A stretch of 63,999 bases of DNA, the filler included, from Octopus bimaculoides (lineage: Eukaryota), in NCBI RefSeq assembly GCF_001194135.2. It is 5 parts of 3 records of this genome, joined end to end, with 100 filler letters (N's around TTAATTAATTAA, not from the genome) between each part and the next. Parts side by side here need not be neighbours in the genome. Positions count along the whole stretch, not along the records: positions 51,925 to 61,816 come from NC_068991.1; positions 61,917 to 63,999 come from NC_068985.1; 3 more parts are not named here. One strand, given 5' to 3'. Of the stretch, positions 52,029 to 63,999 are shown in pieces; position 1 is the first letter of the stretch; each line of letters opens with the position of its first letter. Made by a program: the position numbers and the translations under genes. The notes beneath the pieces are model-generated. The model was not told where the DNA came from. It did no database searches and was given only the letters and a program-made list of their open reading frames with translations.

Positions 52029-54206
52029 ATTATACGTATATAGATGCTTATGTGTGTGTATTCGCGATGTGACTGGTTTAGAGAAACATCGTCAGGACAC
52101 GTAGAACTCCATAACAAGAAATATGTCGGTCAAAATGTTTCATCCACAACCTTGCGCCCGACAATATATTTTGTTTTGCTATAGGGCCTCGTAAGGAACT
52201 GCAAAAAACGGAGTGGTTCATATAACGAAATATAAAACTAGGAAGGATATATAAATATATTTAAAATGCAGCGTGTGGTGATGTAAGAAGTAGTGGTCTT
52301 ACACCACGTGAATAATGATCGGAATAGGGGAAGCATCATTTATAAAAACTTGCGATGATGGAGCTGGTCATTGAGCATGAGCATGGTCAGTGTCAATGAA
52401 GGAAGTGGGTTATTTGGAATTAGTGGTTAAGTGGGGGGGGGGAGGTAAGGTATAAGTTTCAATGAGGGTGATGGTTGGGGAAGGATATTTTTTTTTTCCG
52501 TGGTAAGTTGCGTTTTTTTTTTTCATATTTAGACATGCTAACCGACTTCTATTAAGAGATTAACTTCACATGTCTCCGTCGCTTTCAACACTAGCTGAAG
52601 AAGCAAGTAGTCGCAGAAACTTCTAAATGGTTCATTTATATATGCATACGCCAAATTCGTTCTCTGCGATCATCTGCTTCGCATAGACGTTGAAATAGCC
52701 CCAGCTAGTCTCTTGTTATAGAGTACACTAAGTGAACAAATGCTTCGATATGTAGATTTAATGCGTGCTTTGTGAAATCTCTATGTGTCTTGTTACCACA
52801 TACTTCACTACTAGCACGTTTTAAGACTTCCAATTTTCTGTTTTTCGGCAAGTCAAGATATTTCCCTTACTTCGGCAAGTCAGGATTTTCATTGTTACAC
52901 GTCCATGTTCAATTCAGTCAATTTGTCACGGAATTATCTGAAGGTTCGATAGTAAACGCACGTTTTTATCATATACACAGCATAATTATTTATTCATTTC
53001 TTTAATTAATTGCACATAAATTTGAAATATAGCTGCGAAGCCCACTCAATAAATAAATGCCTCGATTTTACATATTAAGAAATCAAAAATCGTAATAAAA
53101 CATGGAATCGATTAACGGAAAAGAGCAAAAGAAAAGGATCAGATTTCTAATCAGCCATGGAGATAAGACACCACATAGTTTCGGTGCATTTAAGATTTCG
53201 AGACTTTAAATTTCATAGCACTACTCCTCTGGTTGTGCCAGTGATGTAGGGAATATCACTAAGGTGTTGGACAAATAAAAGCTAAAAATGAAGAAAACTA
53301 TGTGCAAGGGAAGCGGAAAATTACGGAGAGATATAACGAATGCAGTAACAAGACATAAATGAACACATATATATGTATATGTAATATATGTGTGCAAACG
53401 TGTTAGTCTTCTGATGAAGAATGGAAGAAGCATCTCTCATCAAAGTGTAGCGTGAAAGGAAAGAAAGTATTGCAAGAAAGTAGGGCAGAATAGCAAAGCA
53501 TATGACTTCAACGAAATTTTCAATTGCAAAAAGAGTGAGGAATTTGGTATAGGCTCATAATGATGGTGGTATTGGGCAGAGGAATTGTGAGAGAGTGAAC
53601 GAGAGAGTGGGAGGGAGGGAGAGAGGGAGAGAGAGAGGGGGAGAGAGAGAGAGAGAGAGAACAGAGAGAGAAAAACGAGGGAGGAAAAATAGAATGATCA
53701 CAGTGAGAGGGAATATCTTCGATAGAAATATGAGGATCTTGGCTGTTGTCTGCACTACAAATCAAATAATGAAAGATAGAAATGAACATGAGAACGATTA
53801 ATGAAAAACTACTAAGGACGAATGAACAGAGAAATTCTCTCATCGCCCACGGACGCTAGACTCATCATTATTTATGCGCGCTTAAAGTTTACGTNNNNNN
53901 NNNNNNNNNNNNNNNNNNNNNNNNNNNNNNNNNNNNNNNNNNNNNNNNNNNNNNNNNNNNNNNNNNNNNNNNNNNNNNNNNNNNNNNNNNNNNNNNNNNN
54001 NNNNNNNNNNNNNNNNNNNNNNNNNNNNNNNNNNNNNNNNNNNNNNNNNNNNNNNNNNNNNNNNNNNNNNNNNNNNNNNNNNNNNNNNNNNNNNNNNNNN
54101 NNNNNNNNNNNNNNNNNNNNNNNNNNNNNNNNNNNNNNNNNNNNNNNNNNNNNNNNNNNNNNNNNNNNNNNNNNNNNNNNNNNNNNNNNNNNNNNNNNNN
54201 NNNNNN

Positions 54207-54250
<44 letters not shown>

Positions 54251-55365
54251 TATAAATTCCTCTATTTACTTCATATCGAGGTCTCATTCTTTTGTTGTCA
54301 TTATTTATTGTTATTATATATATATGTTTGTATGTATGTATGTATGTATGTATGTATGTATGTATGTATGTGTATGTGTGTTTTTAGATTTTTATATATA
54401 ATGTGATAATGTTTCAACAAGTAGAAAAGCACTCGATCAGCAAAGAGCGTAAAGATAATCTTTAATTAAAAACTACATATCTTGCAATTACAGCCACTCA
54501 GAGTTTTCTTGGTCGAAATAATTTATTCCACTATTTGTTAAGCTGAAAGCAAGACCGTTTGTTAGTTGCCTTTTGAGAAGATCGTTTAAACAAAAGCGGT
54601 TTGTAAAGAAGACGAAAACGAAAACATAATGGGGATAGTCAACGTTTCAATAAATTAATGTCAAGTAGACGTAAACCAGATGTTAATTGTTTACTAAGTG
54701 TCCAGTGGTCTACTTTTAATTTCTGACAAGTTGTATTCTTTGAAATATGGACATAAAGAAAAGATTTCGTTCCTGGAATTCATGCATTTGGTGGAGGTTC
54801 TCAAGTGTTTTAATAGATACAGTTTTTCAAACGAACGCACTAAACATTTTTTAGACCTGTTAACATTGGGTCTGGATTTAGAGAGGATTTTCTATTTGAT
54901 ATCGAAATCGGTCCCTTTGTGTTTAAGTTTGACGATTAAAGCCGAAAGGGCTATTGAAGGTCTCTTATGACAGTACTTAAGATTCAAAACACGGTTGTTA
55001 TATCTAAATTAAAATTTTCCTTCCACGGCAATAGTATAAAATTTGATATTTGTAAGACCATTGCCGTAGTTTGCTGAATCCAGTATTTCATAAACAACGA
55101 AAGGTATATCGCATTCCTATCCTGGAGGACATTTAGATTATCTCTACGTGTGCATCCGGGACAGGCTTGAGTTGTTCGTTGTTTATTAATATATGACTTA
55201 ACATTAGGAGGACAAGAAAAGGTAACTTTTATTGTGTGTCAATTAAAGATTTTATTGTATCTATGAATTCCATAGAAGTGCATATCTACTAAGTTCAAGA
55301 ATCTTCTACCTACCTACCTATCTACCTACCTACCTACCTACCTACCTATCTACCTACCTACCTAC

Positions 55366-55433
<68 letters not shown>

Positions 55434-56423
55434 NNNNNNNNNNNNNNNNNNNNNNNNNNNNNNNNNNNNNNNNNNNNNNNNNNNNNNNNNNNNNNNNNNN
55501 NNNNNNNNNNNNNNNNNNNNNNNNNNNNNNNNNNNNNNNNNNNNNNNNNNNNNNNNNNNNNNNNNNNNNNNNNNNNNNNNNNNNNNNNNNNNNNNNNNNN
55601 NNNNNNNNNNNNNNNNNNNNNNNNNNNNNNNNNNNNNNNNNNNNNNNNNNNNNNNNNNNNNNNNNNNNNNNNNNNNNNNNNNNNNNNNNNNNNNNNNNNN
55701 NNNNNNNNNNNNNNNNNNNNNNNNNNNNNNNNNNNNNNNNNNNNNNNNNNNNNNNNNNNNNNNNNNNNNNNNNNNNNNNNNNNNNNNNNNNNNNNNNNNN
55801 NNNNNNNNNNNNNNNNNNNNNNNNNNNNNNNNNNNNNNNNNNNNNNNNNNNNNNNNNNNNNNNNNNNNNNNNNNNNNNNNNNNNNNNNNNNNNNNNNNNN
55901 NNNNNNNNNNNNNNNNNNNNNNNNNNNNNNNNNNNNNNNNNNNNNNNNNNNNNNNNNNNNNNNNNNNNNNNNNNNNNNNNNNNNNNNNNNNNNNNNNNNN
56001 NNNNNNNNNNNNNNNNNNNNNNNNNNNNNNNNNNNNNNNNNNNNNNNNNNNNNNNNNNNNNNNNNNNNNNNNNNNNNNNNNNNNNNNNNNNNNNNNNNNN
56101 NNNNNNNNNNNNNNNNNNNNNNNNNNNNNNNNNNNNNNNNNNNNNNNNNNNNNNNNNNNNNNNNNNNNNNNNNNNNNNNNNNNNNNNNNNNNNNNNNNNN
56201 NNNNNNNNNNNNNNNNNNNNNNNNNNNNNNNNNNNNNNNNNNNNNNNNNNNNNNNNNNNNNNNNNNNNNNNNNNNNNNNNNNNNNNNNNNNNNNNNNNNN
56301 NNNNNNNNNNNNNNNNNNNNNNNNNNNNNNNNNNNNNNNNNNNNNNNNNNNNNNNNNNNNNNNNNNNNNNNNNNNNNNNNNNNNNNNNNNNNNNNNNNNN
56401 NNNNNNNNNNNNNNNNNNNNNNN

Positions 56424-56458
<35 letters not shown>

Positions 56459-57571
56459 TACTGTTGAATAGAATCGCCATAGTCATACATCTGCGCCAGT
56501 CTCATCATGCGATGCCCACCCTTCATTTTCTCATGTTATGGAGATTTTCAATTTCCGAAATATAAATAATATAAAAATATATAAACTGCTTTTTCTTTCT
56601 ATTTTACTCTTTTTACTCCATTTCGAACTTACATCGTAGTGTCTTCCTAAAACAATTTTGGGTTGTGTGTGAGTTTGTATGTGCATGTGTATATGGATGC
56701 ATGTGTGTGCGTGTCTCGATGGTTGAATGTTTAAACCGATGTCTCGAGTTTCGACGTGTGATATAAAAACCAATTTAACGGATCGACAATTATTGAAGTA
56801 GCATACTGAAACATTTATAGGGTCGATATGCTCCAGTTTAGCCATAGTTGAACAACTGAATACTGTGAGAGACTAAGATACTTGTAAATGTGCAACTTGA
56901 TTCAGTTTTGTGTCTGGATCGTGAATGTGTGTTTGTGTATGTATATATGTGTATAAGTGTGTATGTAAGTAAAATTTGTATCGGTGTGTTAATGTATCTA
57001 TGTACGTGCAGGTTTGTGTATACGTTGGTAGTTTTTAGTTTTTAATATTCAAATTTACAAGGCATTCAAAGATGTTCCCTCAGTGCCATTTAATGGATAA
57101 TTTTAGTTTTTTTTCTCTCAGATAATTCTTGCATGTGATATATATTCCCTCGCATATCGTATGTCGAGCTCTCTTTGTGTTGGTAGTTCATAGGTTCTTC
57201 CCATAATAAAACTGCCTTGATGTGTGTATTTTAAATATTCGTTCCATTACCACAGGATTACTTTAATTGACGTTAGCGATTGGTTGACGGTCTATGTAAT
57301 GCTTGGGAGATTAAAAAGATTTTTTCTAAAGTAGGTAAAATATATGATGAGTGAAAAATAATATTTATGATTTACTAATATTTCTTTTTTTAATTTTGTT
57401 TTTAACAAGTAAATGATACAGAGCAGGACATGTTGCAACCTTATTGAAGATCTTCATTGGAAAGGAAGCATCAAAGAAAATTACAGGGATACATTAACGA
57501 ACTTTTATGCATATATCCAAAAATGTATGTTACTTGGTGGAAAGAGAAATTGTCTTTCAAAGTTAGATTAG

Positions 57572-57692
57572 GACGCATACATAGCTAAGTGGCTACGAAT
57601 TTGCTTTGCAACCACGTACTTTCGGGTTCAGTCTCCCTTGCTTGCGCTTCCATTAGTTGCATCTGATAGACAGAAACTGTAGAAGCTCGTCG
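57572..57692 (+). mobile_element. SINE family B, internally deleted fragment
   Basis: gcaaccacgtactttcgggttcagtc ... gatagacagaaactgtagaagctcgtcg. Confidence 0.6.
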
Positions 57693-57754
57693 TATGTATG
57701 TATGTATGTATGTATGTATGTATGTATGTATGTATGTATGTTTGTATGTATTTT

Positions 57755-58490
57755 CTTGCTCCCTGGATGATGAAATATCTTTCAGGCTGCAGAGAGCAAC
57801 TGATTCCTTTCGGTCTCTTCAGTCTCGTGTCTGGTCCCAGCATGGCATAACAAAGCAAACAAAAATTACTGTATACCGTGCATGTGTACTGACATCGCTC
57901 CTTTACTCATGTGAGACATGTCCCCTTTAGAAAACCTCATGTAAGGGTCCTTGAACGCTTTTATCAGAGATGTCTCAGACACATTCTGAATGTTGGTTGG
58001 ACCTTAAAAACTCCAGATACACAGGTCCTGAGGACAGCTGATATCTTGAGTATTGAGGCGATGGTGCACAAGCACCGGTTACGTTGGACTGGAAACCTTA
58101 TTAGAATGAAGGATAGCAGGATCCCTAAGCAAATGCTATATGGGGAACTTGTGAATGGAAAGAGACCCCGGAAGAAACCATGGTTGCGATTTAAGGACAA
58201 TGCCTGTCATTGCCACAGATGGAGGAAGCAGGTTAAAGAGGGGGGGTCGACAATTTTGAGAGAGCACGTATTCAGCATGAAGAACTTAAGCTTGCTGCTC
58301 GAAACCGCACTGCTGGTGTAGTGAATGAGGTAAGTTTGGTCTGCAATGTTTGCAGTTGTATATGCTTGTCAAGAGCAGGACTCATTAGCCGCCAACGGAG
58401 CCGCCAATGCAAAGTATAAGCTAGTCCTAGACAGCACAATGTTCCTGAAGGTCAGTAATGGTCTTCCTCGGACACGAGTGGACGGCCATC
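57755..58490 (+). mobile_element. RTE-BovB-like LINE, 3' end
   Basis: DEISFRLQRATDSFRSLQSRVW...TKITVYRACVLTSLLYSCET...LERFYQRCLRHIL...RLRWTGNLIRMKDSRIPKQMLYGEL, with few frameshifts; C-terminal Cys-containing segment and CAT-repeat tail. Confidence 0.9.
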
Positions 58491-58629
58491 ATGTATGCAT
58501 GTGTGTATGTATGCATGTATGTATGTATCTTCAGTATTTAATCATTTAAATTCTTTCTCTAAAGAGGGAGCTGGTTTCTAACAAAGATACAAAGCCCTAT
58601 CTTTGTAATCTAGATAACGAAAACAATGT

Positions 58630-58935
58630 CGCATTTTAAACATGAGAAAAATCTTGCATAGTTTTACTGTTCCACTTATAGATTGTATTTGTAATGCGCG
58701 AATCAGTTGGTTGATTTCTTTTTCTGAAAATCCAAGCCGATCCAGATTGACAGTTAAATATGGACTTACAAAACCAAGTGCACCGGTTATTATTGGTATA
58801 AATGTAAATTTGTAATCCGGTTATAGAAGCTGGATGTTTCGAAACAGATTCCATAGTTATCTGATTTCCCTTTGAGTTTCAAAGAGATATTCACGTCAGT
58901 AGGACAGCTGACCTCTATGACTGTACATACACATT
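58630..58935 (-). mobile_element. R4/Dong-like (restriction-like endonuclease) LINE 3' end
   Basis: TVIEVSCPTDVNISLK..KSDNYG then, after a frameshift, DYKFTFIPIITGALGFV...LDRLGF...LIRALQIQSISGTVKLCKIFL. Confidence 0.65.
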
Positions 58936-59129
58936 CCTGTCTGTCTGTCTATCTGTCTGTCTGTCTATCTGTCTGTCTGGGCCTTTGTATATATTATTAA
59001 TGCGGGACGTGTGTGCGCGTCTCTGTGTTTGAAGTTGCCTCCCTATTGCTTAACAACTGGTGCTAGTTTGTTTACATTACCATAACGTAACGGTTCGTGG
59101 AAAAGATCCCCATATATGCTGGCGTGGAT

Positions 59130-59402
59130 TTAAGGCGCAGGTGTGGCTGTGTACTAAGAAGTTTGTTTCCCAGCCACGTTGTTGCGGGTTCAGATCTACT
59201 GCGTGGCACCTTGGGCAACGGCCTTCTACTCTAGTCTCGGGCCGATCAAGGTCTTTCACAGTGAATTTGGTAGACGGTAACAAAAAGAAGCCTGTTGTAT
59301 ATAAGTGTGCACGCACGTGTATCTTTGTATGTGTCTTACTACCGCTTGACAGCCGGTGTTGTGTGTTGACGTCCTCGTAACTTAACGGTTCGGCAAAAGA
59401 AA

Positions 59403-59405
<3 letters not shown>
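59130..59405 (+). mobile_element. SINE family B, diverged copy
   Basis: aggcgcaggtgtggctgtg...gggttcag...ggcaccttgggcaa...cgtaacttaacggttcggcaaaaga. Confidence 0.8.
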
Positions 59406-59450
<45 letters not shown>

Positions 59451-59828
59451 GACACAAGCTCACACACATACTCACATCACACGCACATGCACTCACACAC
59501 ACACGCATGCACGCACGCACACACACACATACATATACATATAACTGTATCGGCAGACCATCGGATGTTGATACACACCGCCAATCTGGGAATCAAAACT
59601 ACGATTTTGAGATTGTAACTGCAGCACCCTAACAATTACTCTATAAAGGGGTTTGAACCCAATGTGTACATACTATCTTTTATAACGTTATCCTCTTCGA
59701 GATCCACCGTTCCAGAAAAAAATATTATTTCATGTTTTCCCGATGTTTATAAATACTTACTACGTCAACAATATACAATTCTTGAATATAAGAATAAAGT
59801 TTCTACAATGGATAGAGAAATTCGAAAG

Positions 59829-59899
59829 AATGCTTTCGTTCAATGGTGGAACGCCAGTCATGTTTGCAGGAGACGTGAGTTCGAGTCTCACGGGCAACC
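59829..59899 (+). pseudogene. Decayed tRNA-like sequence
   Basis: Perfect D-stem GTTC/GAAC and T-arm GTGAG-TTCGAGT-CTCAC; anticodon and acceptor stems mismatched, identity unclear. Confidence 0.55.
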
Positions 59900-60742
59900 T
59901 TCCAATATTGTATCCGAGAGTTTTTTAACCAATTATTAACAGGCTAATACTTATAGCTTTATTTTCTTCGAGGATCAACCATTCCCAAAATAAATTATTT
60001 CATGTTCTCTCGAAGTTTAAAAATTCTTATCAAAAATATATGTATCTATATGTGTGTATGTGTGTGAATGTATGTACGCATATGTGCACGTGGGCGAGTG
60101 TACCATTTAAAACAACACAGTAGTATATTGTGACTGAAAGTGGTAACTTAATATAAAACAGAAGCGTCTTCTTCCGTGTTTCCCATGCAGATATAAGTGA
60201 ATTATATTCAGAATTGTATTGACATATGAACTCGCAGTTTGGATTGCATAATTCTGCAATTCTTAGATCTTCAAATAGTTTATATAACAATATACATCTG
60301 ACAAATCCATTTTCCATTTCTTAAAAAAAAATCTAGATACCCATTGCTGCTCCTGAGAGATTTCAAGATTTTCTTTTCAAATGTATCTATGACAGTAACT
60401 CACACCGAATGCATCCTTCTTTGCAGTATTGTGAAAGTATCAAAGAGAATTGTAGTAAAAAATGACTGCAGTCATTGATTCAATATAGAGACATGTAGTA
60501 AGCATGAGGGTTTGTGACAACAGTAACATGTTGCATTGGTCAGAAAACATTCTACATATACCAATATACAGCATCAGTCATCAAACCGAATCAGCCAGCA
60601 CATAACGCTGGCCAACATGTTTCACCAGCCAACATGCAGCACCTTCCAGCATATAACAACAGGTGACATGCAGTGAAGTCCAAGCCCCATCGTGTAGCCA
60701 CAACCAACGTACAATGCTTGTCAACCAGTCAGCATATAGACT

Positions 60743-60825
60743 CAGTCAACATGTAACACCACTGAACATGTAACACCAGTCAACATGTAACACCAGTTAA
60801 CATGCAACACCTGTCGATATGTAAC
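60743..60825. repeat. 17-bp minisatellite, about 5 copies (cagtcaacatgtaacac)
   Basis: Direct inspection. Confidence 0.9.
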
Positions 60826-61774
60826 TGCTATTTTGCTCCTGAGCAAAAGTTCTATGACTTGTATTGATCTCAAAGAGAAAGCCTGCAATGTGAATGGGGT
60901 GTGAATGCAGCGTAAGGGAAGATTTATGAAGATTTTGAAGTTTAAAATGCAATGAATAACATCGATAATGACAGGAATGGGCATAAATTCCTTATCATAT
61001 GGGAAGTAGATCCTGAAACAGGTATAACAGGTTGTTGTTTTTTTTCATCTAAGAATCCTATAATCTAGGATGGTCACACAAATTCACCTACATTACTGTA
61101 GACATGCATATATACATATACGTACTTAAATATATGCACACATATAGCGACACTCATACAAACAGTAAAGAGATTTTATTATTGAGCAAAGGAGCTTAAT
61201 ACATTAGGGATGGAGCAAAAGAGTAATATAAAGGGATGTAACAACAAACAATGGTGACTTGTGAGGTTGAAATCAAAATTAAAAACATAAATAAGAATAT
61301 AATAAATAAATAGCAATAAAGAACAAAATAAGAACAAGGGTACACAAATTGCGGGTGAGTATCAACCACGTAGGATGACCGCACACTGATTCAGATTACC
61401 CGACACAGTAAAAGTAAATACCTTCTCTCAGTTCTTGCCTCTAAGTAAAGCCGATTTGACCAGATCTATTTCGCAGTCTTCTGCACAAATTTTGTTGGAC
61501 TTCTCTGCGGATATAACTCACGCATCATAAGAGAAGTGTAGTAAATGGCAGAAACATCTGGCCTTGTATGAAGATGTTAAACATTAATGGTATCTAATAC
61601 TGTCCATTACTTTCTTACGGATTGCTATGAGCATCTAATACTGATATCCCGAGTTTCTTGACCGAAACATTAGCTTGTTTCGCCATTTATGTAGCTGTGA
61701 AAAAAGAACAAACAAAAAAACCCAGAAGACAGCTTTAGTAACTGCGTTCGGTGTACTCGATGTTTGAATGAGTA

Positions 61775-61816
<42 letters not shown>

Positions 61817-61916
61817 NNNNNNNNNNNNNNNNNNNNNNNNNNNNNNNNNNNNNNNNNNNNTTAATTAATTAANNNNNNNNNNNNNNNNNNNNNNNNNNNN
61901 NNNNNNNNNNNNNNNN
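61817..61916. other. Artificial scaffold-join spacer
   Basis: 44 N + TTAATTAATTAA (61861-61872) + 44 N. Confidence 0.95.
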
Positions 61917-62029
61917 TGTTATTACAGTATCGAAATGTGATTGTTTCAGTTAGTGGAATAGTTTCATTTTTAAAGTGAAACTATTTGACATGAATGTTTT
62001 TGTTTCACTTTTGACACGTAATACTTAAA

Positions 62030-62229
62030 TAGTGGAGGAGATATTATGTTGCCGTGGGCTCGAACTCTGCAAGAAGTTAAAAAAATTTTTTGACTAAAAC
62101 ACAACTGGAACCCTAAGTAAGGCATGTGTAAAATTTGAATGAAATTGGTTGCGTAGTTCTCGAGTTTTAGGGATACACACACACACACACAGACAGACAG
62201 ACACACATTCTCATTTTTATATATATAGA
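62030..62229 (+). mobile_element. Non-autonomous Helitron/Helentron-like element, second copy
   Basis: gccgtgggctcg...gcaagaagtt...aaggcatg...aaattggttgcgtagttctcgag...(ACAG)n...cattctcatttttatatatatagat. Confidence 0.5.
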
Positions 62230-62734
62230 TGTATGTATGTACACAGACACACACATACACACACATTCATGCACATGTCATATCATCATCATCATCATCT
62301 CCAGCATCATCATCATCATCTTTTAATGTCTGTCTTTCAGTGGAAACCTGTAACCAATTTTGCTATTGATCAGAAAATGCATCATACAGTATAAAAAAAA
62401 ATAGATATAAGAATAACAGGCTGAAGTTGATTTGTTCTTCAATCTCAGCTTAAACCATTCTGTGACATGCATATGTAATTATCTCTGGTGAAGCATTCTA
62501 AGTATTCCTCTGCTTTTTGCTATTTACTGTTATAGTGTTCACTTTTTCAATTCAATAAAAAACATAAGTCATCATATATTTAACTGCAAACTTCTATACA
62601 GAGTTTATGTTTGCATAATGTATTCCATACTCAAATAATCCCTGTCATTTTTGACAGGCTCTAGGCCAGTTATTTATTTTAAGATATTGGTAGCTGTTGA
62701 TATTTTGTAAGTAGTTTCTGGTCAGAATGATAAT

Positions 62735-62952
62735 ACTGGTTTCAAATTTTTGCACAAGGCCAGTAATTTTGGGGCGGGAGTAAGTCGATTACATCAACCC
62801 CAGTGCTCAACTAGTACTTAGCTCATCAACCCCAAATGGATGAAAGGCAAAGTCAACTTCAGTGGCATTTAATCTCAGAATGTCAAGACAGATGAAATAC
62901 TGGTAAGCATTTTGCTTGGTGTACTAACAATTCTGCCAGCTCGGTGCCTTAG
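62735..62952 (-). mobile_element. SINE family A, CpG-decayed copy
   Basis: aagtcgattacatcaaccccagtg...aaagtcaacttcagtggc...ctaacaattctgccagctc. Confidence 0.85.
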
Positions 62953-63677
62953 TCAGAATGATAATACTAACAATATATACATTACTTTTCTCTGCTGTTC
63001 TAGTGTTGTGCATGAGTAGATGTCATATGGTTTGAAAGAACAGTCACATGGGCGGTTAGCTGTATGTTGTTGTTGTACCCCTATTATGCTGTTTCTCATC
63101 CTATAGATTACTTCTAATGCTATAGTCTACTTCTTTTCCTGTAGATGGCTTTTTATGATTACTTCTTGTTGCAGGTAATTAGTAATAATGGTACACCCCT
63201 CCAACGTGATGAGAGTACATAGAGTACGAGGGTACATGTAGACTGTGTTGATAGCTGTGTCTGCACTGACATAGTAATTATACTGTGATACCAAGTGGGC
63301 GTTATAACGATCCAACCTTTTGAGGATAATAACAATGTACGACTGGTGGGGGGGGGGTCATACAGCGCCAGATAGAAACATTTTATCGATGACTTCGGAA
63401 TATAACAATATCTGTCAGAGTAACAACTGTCATATAAAGAGAGATACAACAGTAGCAAAAGACTGCTTTATAACAGTGGCGATGAGGATAAACCTATTCA
63501 CGTGGAGTTAATAGAAACTCAAAGAGGATTTAAACAACTCATGAGAAATTGATAAACTCGACAAGGATTAACCAATTCCCAAAACATCATGTGTTACCTT
63601 TTTAGTTTTAATTAATTTCGGCTTACTGGCATATTTCCATGTTTTCTCATTTATAATAGTCATGTTACTACCTATTA

Positions 63678-63999
63678 CGAACCAGGTGATACACGAAGGA
63701 GTCATACCCAATGACTGGTGTAGCAGCATCATAGTCAACTGCTACAAAGGTAAAGGTGACGCTTTAGATACAAATAATTACAGAGGCATCAAGCTGTTAG
63801 ATCAGGTTATGAAAGTTACAGAGAGGGTCATAGCCCAACTAATTAGGGAGCGAATCAATTTAGATGAGATGCAGTTTGGGTTCGTGCCAGGTAAAAGCAC
63901 TACTGATGCCTTATTTCTAGTGAGACAGTTGCAGGAGAAATACCTAGCTAAGGATAAACCTCTGTACCTGGCTTTCGTTGACATGGAGAAAGCCTTTGA
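63678..63999 (+). mobile_element. RTE-clade LINE RT fragment, open to the window end
   Basis: NQVIHEGVIPNDWCSSIIVNCYKGKGDALDTNNYRGIKLLDQVMKVTERVIAQLIRERINLDEMQFGFVPGKSTTDALFLVRQLQEKYLAKDKPLYLAFVDMEKAF, no stops. Confidence 0.93.

Noticed and set aside
63300-63520. Possible second RLE-LINE remnant
   Set aside because: Only a faint motif resemblance (PDRNI, KDCFITVA); not enough to call.

Overview
AT-rich, repeat-dense animal genomic DNA with many N gaps. The SINE, RTE and microsatellite content looks like an octopus (coleoid cephalopod) draft assembly; this is inferred from repeat families, not from a search. Four identical 100-bp spacers (44 N + TTAATTAATTAA + 44 N) split the window into five blocks: 1-16715, 16816-42050, 42151-51824, 51925-61816 and 61917-63999. 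The only host gene I can identify confidently is a minus-strand internal fragment of the UBR1/UBR2 N-recognin E3 ligase: seven exons between 43319 and 50777, phase-consistent and open throughout, covering the ClpS-like N-domain. The rest is mostly transposon debris: several tRNA-derived SINE families (some in head-to-tail arrays), RTE/BovB-like, CR1-like, Jockey/I-like and R4/Dong-like LINE pieces, two Penelope GIY-YIG remnants, a hAT derivative, a mariner fragment, MITEs and Helentron-like elements. The most interesting lead is a near-identical inverted SINE pair bracketing a 336-nt, all-phase-0, stop-free block of three UBR exons, which is a candidate for circRNA formation, in-frame N-domain skipping and ADAR editing. 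Other leads are a candidate unannotated spliced gene at about 18-21.6 kb and two 'direct repeat - tRNA-like core - direct repeat' units. No prokaryotic-type system (CRISPR etc.) is present.
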